This document shows, piece after piece, positions 28,564-38,016 of a stretch of DNA of 64,000 nucleotides (position 1 is the stretch's first letter; each line of letters opens with the position of its first letter). Source of the stretch: Acidimicrobiia bacterium (lineage in GTDB: Bacteria > Actinomycetota > Acidimicrobiia > IMCC26256 > JAGNEX01); the NCBI GenBank assembly GCA_018003035.1, contig JAGNEX010000007.1:14393-78392 (forward strand). Direction: 5' to 3'. The notes beneath the pieces are model-generated. The model made no database searches. It had not been told where the DNA came from and saw only the letters and a program-made list of their open reading frames with translations. Both the position numbers and the translations under genes were made by a program.

Positions 28564-28577
28564 GCCGACCGGTCGGC
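28564..28577. promoter_or_regulatory. Perfect 14-bp palindrome GCCGACCGGTCGGC 33 nt upstream of the BVMO start
   Basis: Seen directly. Lies between the stop of the 862-aa membrane gene (28692) and the BVMO ATG (28531). Confidence 0.3.
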
Positions 28578-28691
28578 GCCGTCTGAGCTGACTTGGCCGG
28601 CGGCCGAGGAGGGTGCGGTAGGCGCTTGTAGCCATGCGGTCATGGTAGCGCCGCCCGGGGTCCGACCGAATCGGGTCGACCCGGCGCCGAC

Positions 28692-31280
28692 TCACGCGAC
28701 CGTCGGGACTTTCATCGCCAACCGCCAGAACGCGAGGGCGGCGAGGCCGTAGGTCGCAAGCGCCATCACTTGGACGGTCGAAAAGCCAAACGTCATGGCC
28801 AGCATGGTGGTTCCGACGCTGCCAACCACCGACGAAAACCCGTTCACCGCCCAAGCCCACGCCGTATAGGTCTTGGCAAGACCTGAACTGTCCTCGGGAG
28901 GGCCGTCGGTTGGCGAACTCAGTCGGTTGACCTCGGCCAGGCCAAGGGGCATGAACATCCCAAGGCAGAGCCCGAGGGGTGCGAGCAGAGCAAAAGCAAC
29001 GACGATCCGCACCAAGACTCCGCTGTCCAACAACGCGTCAAAGATCGCGTCCAAGAACAGCGCGTAGACGGCCCAGATGACGACCAACGCCAAGAACACG
29101 AACAGGACCAGCACCGGACGTCGGGCTCCAAACCGGCGATCCAAACGGCCACTCCACAGCGACCCCAGCCCCGCAAAGACGAGCAACGATGCCAGCGTCA
29201 CGGTGAGCGAGAACGACGGATATCCCAAGAACAGCACCAACCGCTGAATCATCGATACTTCAAACAGCATGAACGCCAGACCGAGTGAGGCGAAGTAGAG
29301 CCCACTCCAGGCTTTGCCGGGTAGTGCTCTCCAGGTCGAACGGACCGACGCGAATGGAAGTAACAGTGCAGCCGCCGCCAAGACAAAGGTGATCATCGCG
29401 AGCAGGATCAGGACGCGCTCGCCGATCGAATCTTCGGGGTCGATCGTTTTGACCGCCGTGCCGAAGTCGCCAAATACGTCGGGGAAACTTCGGAAGTGCC
29501 AAAAGAATGGGGCGTCGTCAGTGATGGCCCCAACGTCGTAGGGGTAGGTCGCCAGGATCTGGTCGGTTTGGGCACGGTCCTCGGAACGGGCAAGGTCGGC
29601 AATGATCGTCGCAGCTTGGGAAGCCGACGCAGGCGAACCCTGGACCGGGCGGGCAGGTTCGACGTTTGGCATGTAGCGGACTGCCGAGTGGGGCACCTGG
29701 CGCACCGACGACGTCATTCGATTCTCCGCAGGCGCCGTGAGGGGGTCGCGGCTCACGATGATCGTCGACAGCGAACCGAAGTCAGCTCCGGTAGTGGCCA
29801 CCATGATGTGTTGGGCTGGGTCGGCGACGTTTTGTCGTCGAAGCGCCTCGACGGTCGTTGCCACGTAACGGGCCGTCCGGTTGGGCTTGGTTTCGATGTC
29901 GACTTCGCCGAACTGGGCGACGATGACACCGCCAGGTTTGAGCCGTGCAAGTGCCTCTTCGATCATCTCGACGGTGTAGAGGTAGCTCTCCGACAACACA
30001 AACGCTCCCGAGGAGGCGGCATTGGTCGCGGCATATGAGTCGGGGGCGACATACCAGATCAGGTCAAAGGTTCGGTCGGTTCGAGCGATATAGGACCGGC
30101 CGTCGCCGATGTCGACGTCGACCTCTGGCCGGTCGAGGAGGTGCCCGGTGAAGTCGGCCCAGTCGCCGCGAAGTAGGCCGACGGTGACCGGATTCAGTTC
30201 GACACCTTGGATGGTCTCGGCGCCGAAATGAAGGGACGCGAGGATCTCGTTTCCCCCGGCCGAACCGACGATCAGCACTTCGGGTGAGTCGTTCTCAAGC
30301 ACGTCGAACGCCCAGCGCCTTGGATCGGTGTCGTACCGACCGAGCGTTTGGACATCTCCATCAAAGCGGTGCAGGCCAGAGCCGAAGGTTCCGTCGTGCA
30401 TGACGATCGCGTCATCTCGACTCACCGGAACGACGTCGACTCGAAAGACCGGCCCCCAGCCGCTACTCGCGGTATCTCCCCACTTCGGTGTCTTGGACTT
30501 CTCTGGAATGACGTCGGGAAGCAGCGGCGCCGCGACGACGAGTCCCACGAGAACCGCTGCGATCGCCCCCGACGCGATGCGCCAATGTTTTTGAGTCGCC
30601 GAGCGCCGCTGCGCGGATCGACCGGTCACGGCCACTACCTTGCTCTGCGGCGACCATGCGAGCATGACCGCGACGAGCGCGAAAACGGCGGCAGCGCCGA
30701 TGACCGCCCGCGGAGCGCCGAGAAACCAGATGGCTGGGACCGCGAGCACGCATCCGACCCCTGCGCCGACCAGGTCGGCGAAATACAGCCGAGAGATCCG
30801 ACTGCCACCGCTCGAGATCAAGCTCGCGACAGCGATGCCGACGCCCAGGAACGGGGCGTAGACCAGCAGACAGATGGCGAGGAGGGCCCCGAGCGCACGT
30901 AGCGAAGCGCCGGTCCCGTATTCCCAGATGGCGACGGTATTGATCGGCAGCCATGAGATCACCAAGAAGCCGATCACCGCGCTCAATGCCGCGAAGACCA
31001 TCGCGGAGCGGACATTGGCAAGCGGGCGACGCGAGGCAAGGCGGCCAGAAAGCGCCAGGGCGACCCCACCCGAACCCAGCCCGAGCATCGCAAGGCCGAT
31101 GACCAGGTAGGTGTAGTAGTACCAAAGCTTGAAGGACACGACCCGGGTGTAACCCACTTCGAGGAGCAGGCCGGCCAGCCCGATGAGGGCAATCGCGACA
31201 AGTGGGGTCCAAGACGCGCCAGCACTCTCGTGTTCGTCGCCGCGGGTGCTGTCGTCCTCGGTTTTCTCGTTCATTCTCAC
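28692..31280 (-). CDS. Fused polytopic membrane protein with central spermidine-synthase-like (class I MTase fold) domain
   Basis: ~7 TM N-terminal block (LLLEVGYTRVVSFKLWYYYTY). Central VLIVGSAGGNEI...FDLIWYVAPDS aminopropyltransferase-like core. A second ~7 TM block at the C-terminus. Confidence 0.7.
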   Translation of the reverse strand: MRMNEKTEDDSTRGDEHESAGASWTPLVAIALIGLAGLLLEVGYTRVVSFKLWYYYTYLVIGLAMLGLGSGGVALALSGRLASRRPLANVRSAMVFAALSAVIGFLVISWLPINTVAIWEYGTGASLRALGALLAICLLVYAPFLGVGIAVASLISSGGSRISRLYFADLVGAGVGCVLAVPAIWFLGAPRAVIGAAAVFALVAVMLAWSPQSKVVAVTGRSAQRRSATQKHWRIASGAIAAVLVGLVVAAPLLPDVIPEKSKTPKWGDTASSGWGPVFRVDVVPVSRDDAIVMHDGTFGSGLHRFDGDVQTLGRYDTDPRRWAFDVLENDSPEVLIVGSAGGNEILASLHFGAETIQGVELNPVTVGLLRGDWADFTGHLLDRPEVDVDIGDGRSYIARTDRTFDLIWYVAPDSYAATNAASSGAFVLSESYLYTVEMIEEALARLKPGGVIVAQFGEVDIETKPNRTARYVATTVEALRRQNVADPAQHIMVATTGADFGSLSTIIVSRDPLTAPAENRMTSSVRQVPHSAVRYMPNVEPARPVQGSPASASQAATIIADLARSEDRAQTDQILATYPYDVGAITDDAPFFWHFRSFPDVFGDFGTAVKTIDPEDSIGERVLILLAMITFVLAAAALLLPFASVRSTWRALPGKAWSGLYFASLGLAFMLFEVSMIQRLVLFLGYPSFSLTVTLASLLVFAGLGSLWSGRLDRRFGARRPVLVLFVFLALVVIWAVYALFLDAIFDALLDSGVLVRIVVAFALLAPLGLCLGMFMPLGLAEVNRLSSPTDGPPEDSSGLAKTYTAWAWAVNGFSSVVGSVGTTMLAMTFGFSTVQVMALATYGLAALAFWRLAMKVPTVA

Positions 31281-31499
31281 CGTTCAGCGACGCGGGCCGT
31301 CAGGGGCGGCCAAGGTACCAGTCAGGCGTACCCACCACACGCGGAGCCCCTGGGGGGATCCTCTGACCTTGTGGCGCTGGCGATGCACGGGCGCGCTGAG
31401 AGGCGACGGAGTTACCCGTCGCCTCTCACTTCAGAACGTGATTTCTGGCGTGTCCACCCCGTCCCCAACGGAACGCCAGATGAACGAACGTGTTGGGCG

Positions 31500-32141
31500 T
31501 CAGCCCTCTTGACGGCGAGCCACCTGGACGTAGGCAACCAGGGCCAGTCCACCGAGAATGAACAGCAACGCAGCACCGGCAAGGTTGAAGTTGGAGTCGC
31601 TACCGGTGTTGGCGAGTCCGCCGGTCGCTGCACCTGTGGTGCCTTGGGCGACGGTGCCGTTCTTTGCGGTCGTCTGACCAGCGACCGAGTTCTGAGAGCT
31701 CGAGCTGGTTGCGGCCTTCGTCGATGACGAGGTTCCGCCGGCCTTGGTGGTGCTGGTGTTTGCCTTGGTCGTGCTCGTTTGACCGCTGGTCGAGGAGGTC
31801 GTCGAACCGCCTGCCGAGGTCGTCGAGGTTCCGCCAGCCTTGGTGGTGGTCGACCCGCCTGGAGCCGTCGACGAAGTGGACGACGACGACGAAGAGGACG
31901 ACGACGAGGAAGACGAGCTTGAACTCGACGACGACGAAGAAGACGACGAACTCGAGCTGGAGCTCGACGAGGAGGACGACGAAGAAGACGACGACGACGA
32001 ACTTGAGCTGGAAGAGCTCGTCGAGCTGGAGCTCTCCGCTGATTGCGCGCCGGCGAACACGGGTAGGAACATCAGACATAGGGCAGCAATCGCTGCGATG
32101 ACGTGCCGTCTCTCAAAGCGGCGAACTGAATGGGAACGCAT
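31500..32141 (-). CDS. Ser/Thr-rich cell-wall-anchored protein, LAXTG sortase substrate
   Basis: Signal peptide (IAAIAALCLMFLPVFAGAQS), a run of 47 Ser, an S/T/G-rich tail, then LANTG + hydrophobic helix + RRQEG. ATG 32141 after AGGAGA. Confidence 0.75.
   Translation of the reverse strand: MRSHSVRRFERRHVIAAIAALCLMFLPVFAGAQSAESSSSTSSSSSSSSSSSSSSSSSSSSSSSSSSSSSSSSSSSSSSSSSSSSSSSTSSTAPGGSTTTKAGGTSTTSAGGSTTSSTSGQTSTTKANTSTTKAGGTSSSTKAATSSSSQNSVAGQTTAKNGTVAQGTTGAATGGLANTGSDSNFNLAGAALLFILGGLALVAYVQVARRQEG
31878..32018 (-). repeat. Coding homopolymer: 47 consecutive serine codons
   Basis: Counted codon by codon. All six Ser codons (TCG, TCC, TCT, TCA, AGC, AGT) are used, so it is not a pure trinucleotide microsatellite. 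Confidence 0.95.
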
Positions 32142-32297
32142 GTTGCTCTCCTGGGATGCTCGGGTGACTACCCGATGGGTTCGTCCAAGCATCGGCAGGC
32201 CCCGGCGGGGCCTTGAGGAAATATCTGCGTTCGGTCAAGTCGACAACGCTCCATTTATCGAGCGTGTGGCGGCTAACTGTCGGCCGGGCGGCCCCGA

Positions 32298-32642
32298 TTA
32301 CTCCGCGTCGGTCGTGTCGATGCAGTCGCGTACAGCGGCGTCCATCGCCGGATTCATCTTCGCTGTATCGCCGCGAGCGATGATCCGTTCGAGCTCGTCC
32401 TCGCCCAGGTCGTCGACCATCGAGTCCCACATGCAGTCGACCGACTCCTGAGGGATTGCGTCGTCGGTTGAGAGGATTGCCTCTTTGAACTGGGCTTCAA
32501 CGTCGATCGACGAAGGAAAAACCGTCGTCGTGACCGCGGGTTGGGTCGTGGTGGTTTCGTCTGGCTCGTCGCTCCCTCCGCTGCTACAAGCGGTCGCAGG
32601 CACGATCGCCAACAGAGCTACAGCCAGGGAGTGACGCAGCAT
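32298..32642 (-). CDS. Small lipoprotein, unknown function
   Basis: MLRHSLAVALLAIVPATAC lipobox, acidic mature part with 2 Cys. ATG 32642 after AAGGA. Confidence 0.5.
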   Translation of the reverse strand: MLRHSLAVALLAIVPATACSSGGSDEPDETTTTQPAVTTTVFPSSIDVEAQFKEAILSTDDAIPQESVDCMWDSMVDDLGEDELERIIARGDTAKMNPAMDAAVRDCIDTTDAE

Positions 32643-32741
32643 GCGCGTGTTCCTTTGAAACCTTGACACTGAAATTCCGGGGGCACCGGCCAAGCCACGC
32701 TACCCGATCACTTGAGTGCGTAGCGTGGCAACAGCTCGTGG

Positions 32742-33788
32742 TTAGCTCGAGCGGAGCCCGAGTTTTAACGCGATACGGTTGCGGTGCTCGCCGGCTGATC
32801 CCCACTGCTCGCGCAATGCGTAGACCCGCTTCATCCAAAGCTGCAGGTCATATTCGAACGTGTAGCCAATCGCCCCATGCAGTTGGAGCGCGACTCGCGA
32901 TGCAACGTCCGCAGCGTCGGCAGCCGCAGATTTAGCGGCGGACACATCGACGATGCGGTCTGGGTCGTCGGTGTCCAACGACCACGCAGCGCGAGCGACT
33001 AACGGCTCGGCAAAAGTGACCTTCATCAGAGCGTCGGCGAGTTGGTGTTTGACCGCCTGGAATGAGCCGATCGCCACCCCGAACTGGTGACGATCCAACA
33101 CGTAGGCGACCGTAATGTCGATCAGCGCTCGCGCCAGTCCGCAACATTCCGCAGCTGTTCCGACCATGGCGCGCTCTCCGGCTAGCTCCCACGCAGCGCG
33201 GACGTCGGGTCCAGAGGCGAGTCGGACCTGCGACGAAGGGGCCCACGCGACATGGGCAAGCTGGCGACTGGCATCGACAGAACGCCGATCGGCGAGTTGA
33301 GCGTCAGCGGCAGAAACGTAGACCAACGTGTTTGCTTCCATCGCCAAGTAGCCCGCGTGTGATCGGCAACCGGCGACGAGCGAACTCGCTCCTGGCCCTC
33401 CAGACCAAACGACGCCAAGCGTCGCACCTGCGAGCACCTGGCCCAGCAGATCCTGGACCGCGGGGTCTGCCGACGGGTCATCGACGACCGCGGCCAAGAG
33501 CGGCGCTGCAAAGGTTGCCTGCTGAGTCAACTGATCAGGCAGACAGGCCCGACCTGCCTCGAGAAGGCACGAAACCAGGTCGACCATGCCCAGCCCATAT
33601 CCCTCGTGGGCTTCGGGAACGATGAGGGACGTCAGGCCCATCTCAACCAGCGCGCTCCACGCCGGTGATTGCGGGCCGGCCTGGTCAGACCAAGCTGCTC
33701 GGACCGCTTCGGGAGGGCAGCGGTCAGCAAGGACCTGAGCGACGGTCTGGGCGAACAGTTGCTGATCTTCAGTAAAGGATGCGTCCAT
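32742..33788 (-). CDS. Acyl-CoA dehydrogenase family protein, short (348 aa) partner subunit type
   Basis: ACAD middle/C-terminal pattern (GAIGYTFEYDLQLWMKR). Starts 2 nt after the stop of the upstream ACAD, an arrangement typical of heteromeric alpha2beta2 FadE pairs. Confidence 0.8.
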   Translation of the reverse strand: MDASFTEDQQLFAQTVAQVLADRCPPEAVRAAWSDQAGPQSPAWSALVEMGLTSLIVPEAHEGYGLGMVDLVSCLLEAGRACLPDQLTQQATFAAPLLAAVVDDPSADPAVQDLLGQVLAGATLGVVWSGGPGASSLVAGCRSHAGYLAMEANTLVYVSAADAQLADRRSVDASRQLAHVAWAPSSQVRLASGPDVRAAWELAGERAMVGTAAECCGLARALIDITVAYVLDRHQFGVAIGSFQAVKHQLADALMKVTFAEPLVARAAWSLDTDDPDRIVDVSAAKSAAADAADVASRVALQLHGAIGYTFEYDLQLWMKRVYALREQWGSAGEHRNRIALKLGLRSS

Positions 33789-33790
33789 CG

Positions 33791-35035
33791 TTAACCCCTT
33801 GGAAGGCCGAGAACTCGTTCGGCGACCACGTTGCGCTGAATCTCGTTAGTACCTGCATAAATGGGTCCGGCCAGCGAAAACTGGTAGCCCTTCATCCAGT
33901 CATCCGCGTCCAGGATCGCTGGATCCTCGGTCAACTCCGCGTCCGGGCCGAGCAGGGCTAACGCGGTTTCGTGTGCGCGGATGTCGAGTTCGGACCAGAA
34001 GATCTTGTTCAGGCTGGCCTCGGAACCCATGTTTTCGCCACGGCCCATCCGCGCAACCGTGCCGTAGGTGTACCAGCGGTACGCCCGCGCATCGACCCAG
34101 GCTTTGACCACATCGTCGATCAGACCGTCAGCAACGGGCCCTGACGTCCCCGGCACTCCGACCTCGGAACCCGACGCGGCGGAACCCGACACTGCAAAAC
34201 CCGACGCGGCGGAACCCGCCGTGAGAGCGACCCGACGTTGGGCCAGAGCGACGAGCCGATCGGTAGTCGCCACGAAACGCCCGGGGCTGCGCAAGGTCAA
34301 GCCGCGCTCTGAAGACGCGGTCGCCATCGCGACCCGCCAGCCGTCGTTGACAGCGCCAATCACCATGTTGTCGGGGACGAACGCGTCTTCGAGGAACACC
34401 TCGGCGAAACCGTCGTCGCCATCGAGTCGCTTGACGGGACGAACATCGACTCCCTCGGCCCTCAGGTCAAACATGAAGTAGGTCAGCCCGCGGTGCCGCT
34501 GCGCGTCGGGGTCGCTCCGAAACAGCCCGAAGCCGAAGTCGCAGAAGGCGCCGCGCGTGCACCACGTCTTTTGACCGTTCAGCAACCATCCTCCGTCGGT
34601 CCGTGTCGCCCGCGACGTCAGCGACGCCAGGTCCGAGCCCGAGTTCGGTTCGGACCACGCCTGCGCCCACGTGGTTTCGGCCGAAGCCATCGCCGGAAGA
34701 ATCCGGTCCTTCTGTTCGTCGGTGCCGTATTCGAACAGCGTCGGCGCCAACAAGAAGATGCCGTTCTGGGTCACGCGCTGCGGCGCGCTTGCCCGGTAGT
34801 ACTCCTCTTCGAAGATCAGCCACTGGACAAGCGACGCCTCGCGTCCGCCGTACTGCTTCGGCCACGAGACCACCGCCCACCGGGCGTCGAAAAGCTTCCG
34901 CTCCCATTCGACGTGCGCGGCGAACCCCTCAGACGTGTCCCCCGACGGCAACGGATGTTCTGGAATGTTTGCTTCGAGCCACGAGCGGCACTCGTCTCGA
35001 AAGCTCTGTTCGGCTTCGGTGAAGGTGAGGTCCAT
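33791..35035 (-). CDS. Acyl-CoA dehydrogenase (414 aa, FadE type)
   Basis: WSEPNSGSDLAS, GQKTWCT, IYAGTNEIQRNVVAERVLGLPR. Confidence 0.9.
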   Translation of the reverse strand: MDLTFTEAEQSFRDECRSWLEANIPEHPLPSGDTSEGFAAHVEWERKLFDARWAVVSWPKQYGGREASLVQWLIFEEEYYRASAPQRVTQNGIFLLAPTLFEYGTDEQKDRILPAMASAETTWAQAWSEPNSGSDLASLTSRATRTDGGWLLNGQKTWCTRGAFCDFGFGLFRSDPDAQRHRGLTYFMFDLRAEGVDVRPVKRLDGDDGFAEVFLEDAFVPDNMVIGAVNDGWRVAMATASSERGLTLRSPGRFVATTDRLVALAQRRVALTAGSAASGFAVSGSAASGSEVGVPGTSGPVADGLIDDVVKAWVDARAYRWYTYGTVARMGRGENMGSEASLNKIFWSELDIRAHETALALLGPDAELTEDPAILDADDWMKGYQFSLAGPIYAGTNEIQRNVVAERVLGLPRG

Positions 35036-35107
35036 ACCTCAGATCTCCAATCGCTCCGGCACGCGCGGCCGGGGCAGTGTCAAGGTCGGCGGATCAGCTG
35101 GCCCAGG

Positions 35108-36178
35108 TCACGCGGTTGGAACGCCCAACCTGGCTAACACCTCAGCAGCCTGGGTCACGATCGAACTCACCACATCTTGCGCGCTCGGCAGGGTGTCGAT
35201 CACTCCAACTCCCTGGCCGGTGGGAAGGATCCCAACATCGATCCGCCCATCGACCATCGACGCTCGGGTGAGCATCGGTGCGTTTGCAGCCATCGCCAAC
35301 TGCGACCAGGTCAGCCCTTGATTTGAACGCATGGCCAGGCCTTCGCGCAGCAGGTCACGCTTGCTGGTCCCGGTGAGACGGCTGAAGCGAAACGCATTCA
35401 TCGCCGCTTTCGGGAACCGGGTCAGCGGTGTCGACGATTCCAAACCATCGACCATCTCGGTGCGGATCACCCGCTGTGGATACCCGTCGATGGCCTTGGT
35501 GACGACCGTGTCGGTCACCGACGCCTGGAGGTACCGGGCCTTGATCTCGTCGGGGACCTCCGAATCTGAGGTCAGTAAGAAACGGGTGCCCATCGCAATA
35601 CCCGCCGCGCCCCAGGCCAAGGCGGCTACCAAACCACGTCCGTCAAAGAACCCCCCAGCGGCGATGACCGGGATGTCAACGGCGTCGACGCACTGCGGGA
35701 TCAACAGCGATGTCGGCACGGCACCGGTATGTCCGCCACCTTCTTGGCCTTGAGCGATGACCGCGTCGACTCCCCATTCGGCGACCTTCTCGGCATGCCG
35801 TCGAGCGCCGATCGTCGGCATCGTGACAACGCCCGCGTCCTTGAGTTTGGCGATGATCTGCTTGCCCGGAGCCTGGGCGAAGCTCGCAACCTTGACCCCC
35901 GAGGAGATCAACAGCGCCACCCGATCGTCGATGTCGGGCGAGTCGGTACGCAGATTGACGCCAAAGGGGCGGTCCGTCTTGGCCTGAACCGCCGCGATCG
36001 CCGTTCGCAGTTCGGGCAAGGTCATCGTCGCCGACGCCAAAATGCCGAGCCCACCGGCCTGTGCCGTCGCCGTGGTCAGCGCCGCACCGGACACCCATCC
36101 CATCCCCGTCTGGACGATCGGATACTGGACGCCGACCAGATTGCAAAACCGCGTCTGCAGCGCAGATGGAACGGTCAT
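35108..36178 (-). CDS. Nitronate monooxygenase-fold FMN enzyme (IpdC-like enoyl reductase candidate)
   Basis: YPIVQTGMGWVS, GGLGILA, QGQEGGGHTG. ATGA overlap with the upstream CoA-transferase B gene (36175-36178). Confidence 0.8.
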   Translation of the reverse strand: MTVPSALQTRFCNLVGVQYPIVQTGMGWVSGAALTTATAQAGGLGILASATMTLPELRTAIAAVQAKTDRPFGVNLRTDSPDIDDRVALLISSGVKVASFAQAPGKQIIAKLKDAGVVTMPTIGARRHAEKVAEWGVDAVIAQGQEGGGHTGAVPTSLLIPQCVDAVDIPVIAAGGFFDGRGLVAALAWGAAGIAMGTRFLLTSDSEVPDEIKARYLQASVTDTVVTKAIDGYPQRVIRTEMVDGLESSTPLTRFPKAAMNAFRFSRLTGTSKRDLLREGLAMRSNQGLTWSQLAMAANAPMLTRASMVDGRIDVGILPTGQGVGVIDTLPSAQDVVSSIVTQAAEVLARLGVPTA

Positions 36179-36927
36179 CCCGGCACCTCAGCCGTCCGCA
36201 GGCCCAACGGGTCGATCCGGGCAATCCAGTCCAGCTCGTCGGCCGTCGGCTGGCGCGTCGTTGGCACGTCACCCTCGACGACCAGCTCAAAGCCGGTGTT
36301 CTCCAGCACCTCATCTACGGTGACGCCGGGATGTACCGAGCGAAGCCGCATGCGTCGATCCGACGTTTCAAAATCGCAGACACACAGGTTGGACACCACC
36401 CGGTGAATGTCGTGGAAGCGGCCACCGTCGCCCAGTTTGGACGCCCGGTCATAACCAATTCCTGTCACCACCGAGACGGCTGACACAAACACCTTGTCGT
36501 TGTGGTTAGGCACCCAGTACGAGGTGCGGTGGTTGATCGTGTTGCCCGGAGCACCCCGGAAACCCAGAAGTTGGGCGCGTGGACGCTCCCACTCCCCGAT
36601 GCAGGCAATGTTTTGGTTACCCATCTGATCGACTTGGGTTGCGCCCATCATCACGTGCCGCTTACCCGACCAGAGCATGTGAAACATCCGGCGGTACGGG
36701 TTCCACGCCTCGATGAACTCATGACCGATCGGCGAGCCCACAGGATGAATGCCGTCGACGAACATGGCTTCTCCGTCGGTCAGCACGGCGGCCGGAACCG
36801 AGGTCGCCTTGGCGAGCCGCCCCCCGATGGTCGGAACGTTGCCGATGGGGTTGACCAGGATCTCGCCGTCTTCGGCAAAGGCGTCGGCACATGCCGTTAC
36901 GCAGACGTCTGCTCGTGAAGCGCTCAC
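36175..36927 (-). CDS. CoA-transferase family I, beta subunit (IpdB-like)
   Basis: 250 aa. The N-terminus SRADVCVTACADAFAEDGEILVNPIGNVPTIGGRLAK resembles actinobacterial IpdB-type subunits as I recall them. GTGA overlap with the alpha subunit stop. Confidence 0.8.
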   Translation of the reverse strand: MSASRADVCVTACADAFAEDGEILVNPIGNVPTIGGRLAKATSVPAAVLTDGEAMFVDGIHPVGSPIGHEFIEAWNPYRRMFHMLWSGKRHVMMGATQVDQMGNQNIACIGEWERPRAQLLGFRGAPGNTINHRTSYWVPNHNDKVFVSAVSVVTGIGYDRASKLGDGGRFHDIHRVVSNLCVCDFETSDRRMRLRSVHPGVTVDEVLENTGFELVVEGDVPTTRQPTADELDWIARIDPLGLRTAEVPG

Positions 36928-37835
36928 TTGGCCTCTCCTTGTGCCGCACCGCTAGCGCCGGTGGGACCTGCTGGTCCACCTGCGGCCAGCTCGTCGACCG
37001 CTTGTAAATAGTCGTCTTGGGTTGGGGCGTCGACGAACCTCTCTTTGAACGCGAGCCAAGCCTCTTCGGATCGTGCCGCCGCGTTGTAGGCCTTTTGGAA
37101 CGCCTCGTCTCGTTCGTAATCGGGGGTACAGGTCGTGAAATGTGCCCCGCGTGGGACTTCGAGCACACCCGTCGTCATGAGGCGATTGATCACGATGGTC
37201 TCGGGCCGGGCCGTTTCCGTCAGTTCGGTGGTCGGAACGAGTCGTTCACAGGTCATGAAGCACTTCTTGGCGGCCATAGCGAACAGGTCATCGAAGTACG
37301 GATCGGGGCCTAAGTACTGCCCGTTACCCCCCTGATCTGCTCGGTTCATGTGGATCAGCGCGACATCGAGGTTGAGCGCGGGAACTGCTAGCAGCGTTTC
37401 GCCGTCCTCGTAGGGCGAAACGACCGTCTTGAGGTCGGGCATCAGCCTGGGGATGTCCGATCCGAGCCCTGCACGGGTCGGCAGGAAAGGAACCCGCCAG
37501 CCCGCCGCTTGGAGGCCGAGCAGCAGCATTCCTTCGTCCCATTCTGCGGCTTCGATGGTGCCGTTCTGGCGGGCCTGCCGGTAGAAGGGTTCGAGCGGGA
37601 TCGAATCGAGCGAGACAAACCCGCTGATCACCTTGCGCACCTTCCCCGCTGCGCACAACACGCCGACGTCGGGGCCGCCATAAGAAACGATGGTCAGGTC
37701 CTTCAACGAGGACCGAGCGATGGCTCTGACCAGAGACATTGGTTTGCGTCGGGAACCCCAACCACCGATGCCGATGACCATGCCGTCGCGAAGTTCGCCG
37801 ATGATCTCGCCTTCGGTGACGCGCTTGTCGATCAA
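36924..37835 (-). CDS. CoA-transferase family I, alpha subunit (IpdA-like)
   Basis: LIDKRVTEGEIIGELRDGMVIGIGGWGSRRKP is a typical subunit-A N-terminus. TTG 37835 after GAGAGGGGAAG is the proposed start; the ORF-track maximum start is 37886. Confidence 0.8.
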   Translation of the reverse strand: MIDKRVTEGEIIGELRDGMVIGIGGWGSRRKPMSLVRAIARSSLKDLTIVSYGGPDVGVLCAAGKVRKVISGFVSLDSIPLEPFYRQARQNGTIEAAEWDEGMLLLGLQAAGWRVPFLPTRAGLGSDIPRLMPDLKTVVSPYEDGETLLAVPALNLDVALIHMNRADQGGNGQYLGPDPYFDDLFAMAAKKCFMTCERLVPTTELTETARPETIVINRLMTTGVLEVPRGAHFTTCTPDYERDEAFQKAYNAAARSEEAWLAFKERFVDAPTQDDYLQAVDELAAGGPAGPTGASGAAQGEAK

Positions 37836-38016
37836 GACTGCTTCCCCTCTCGTGCCGTGCTTTACGCGCCGGCGGTCGCTGTGCAAGAAAGCGGTGCGCT
37901 CAAGTCAGCCGAACGACGCGTCTCCCTGGTAGTCACCGGATGAACGCGCCCCCTGACAGGTGCTGCAGGAAAGGCTCTCGAGCTTCGGCACCGCCACCGC
38001 TGTCGAAGTCTCCCCC

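Noticed and set aside
31840-32451. Plus-strand ORF encoding a poly-Asp/Glu protein
   Set aside because: It is the complement of the poly-Ser tract. The minus-strand frame has a signal peptide, an RBS and an LANTG sorting signal, whereas this frame has no start context or other features.
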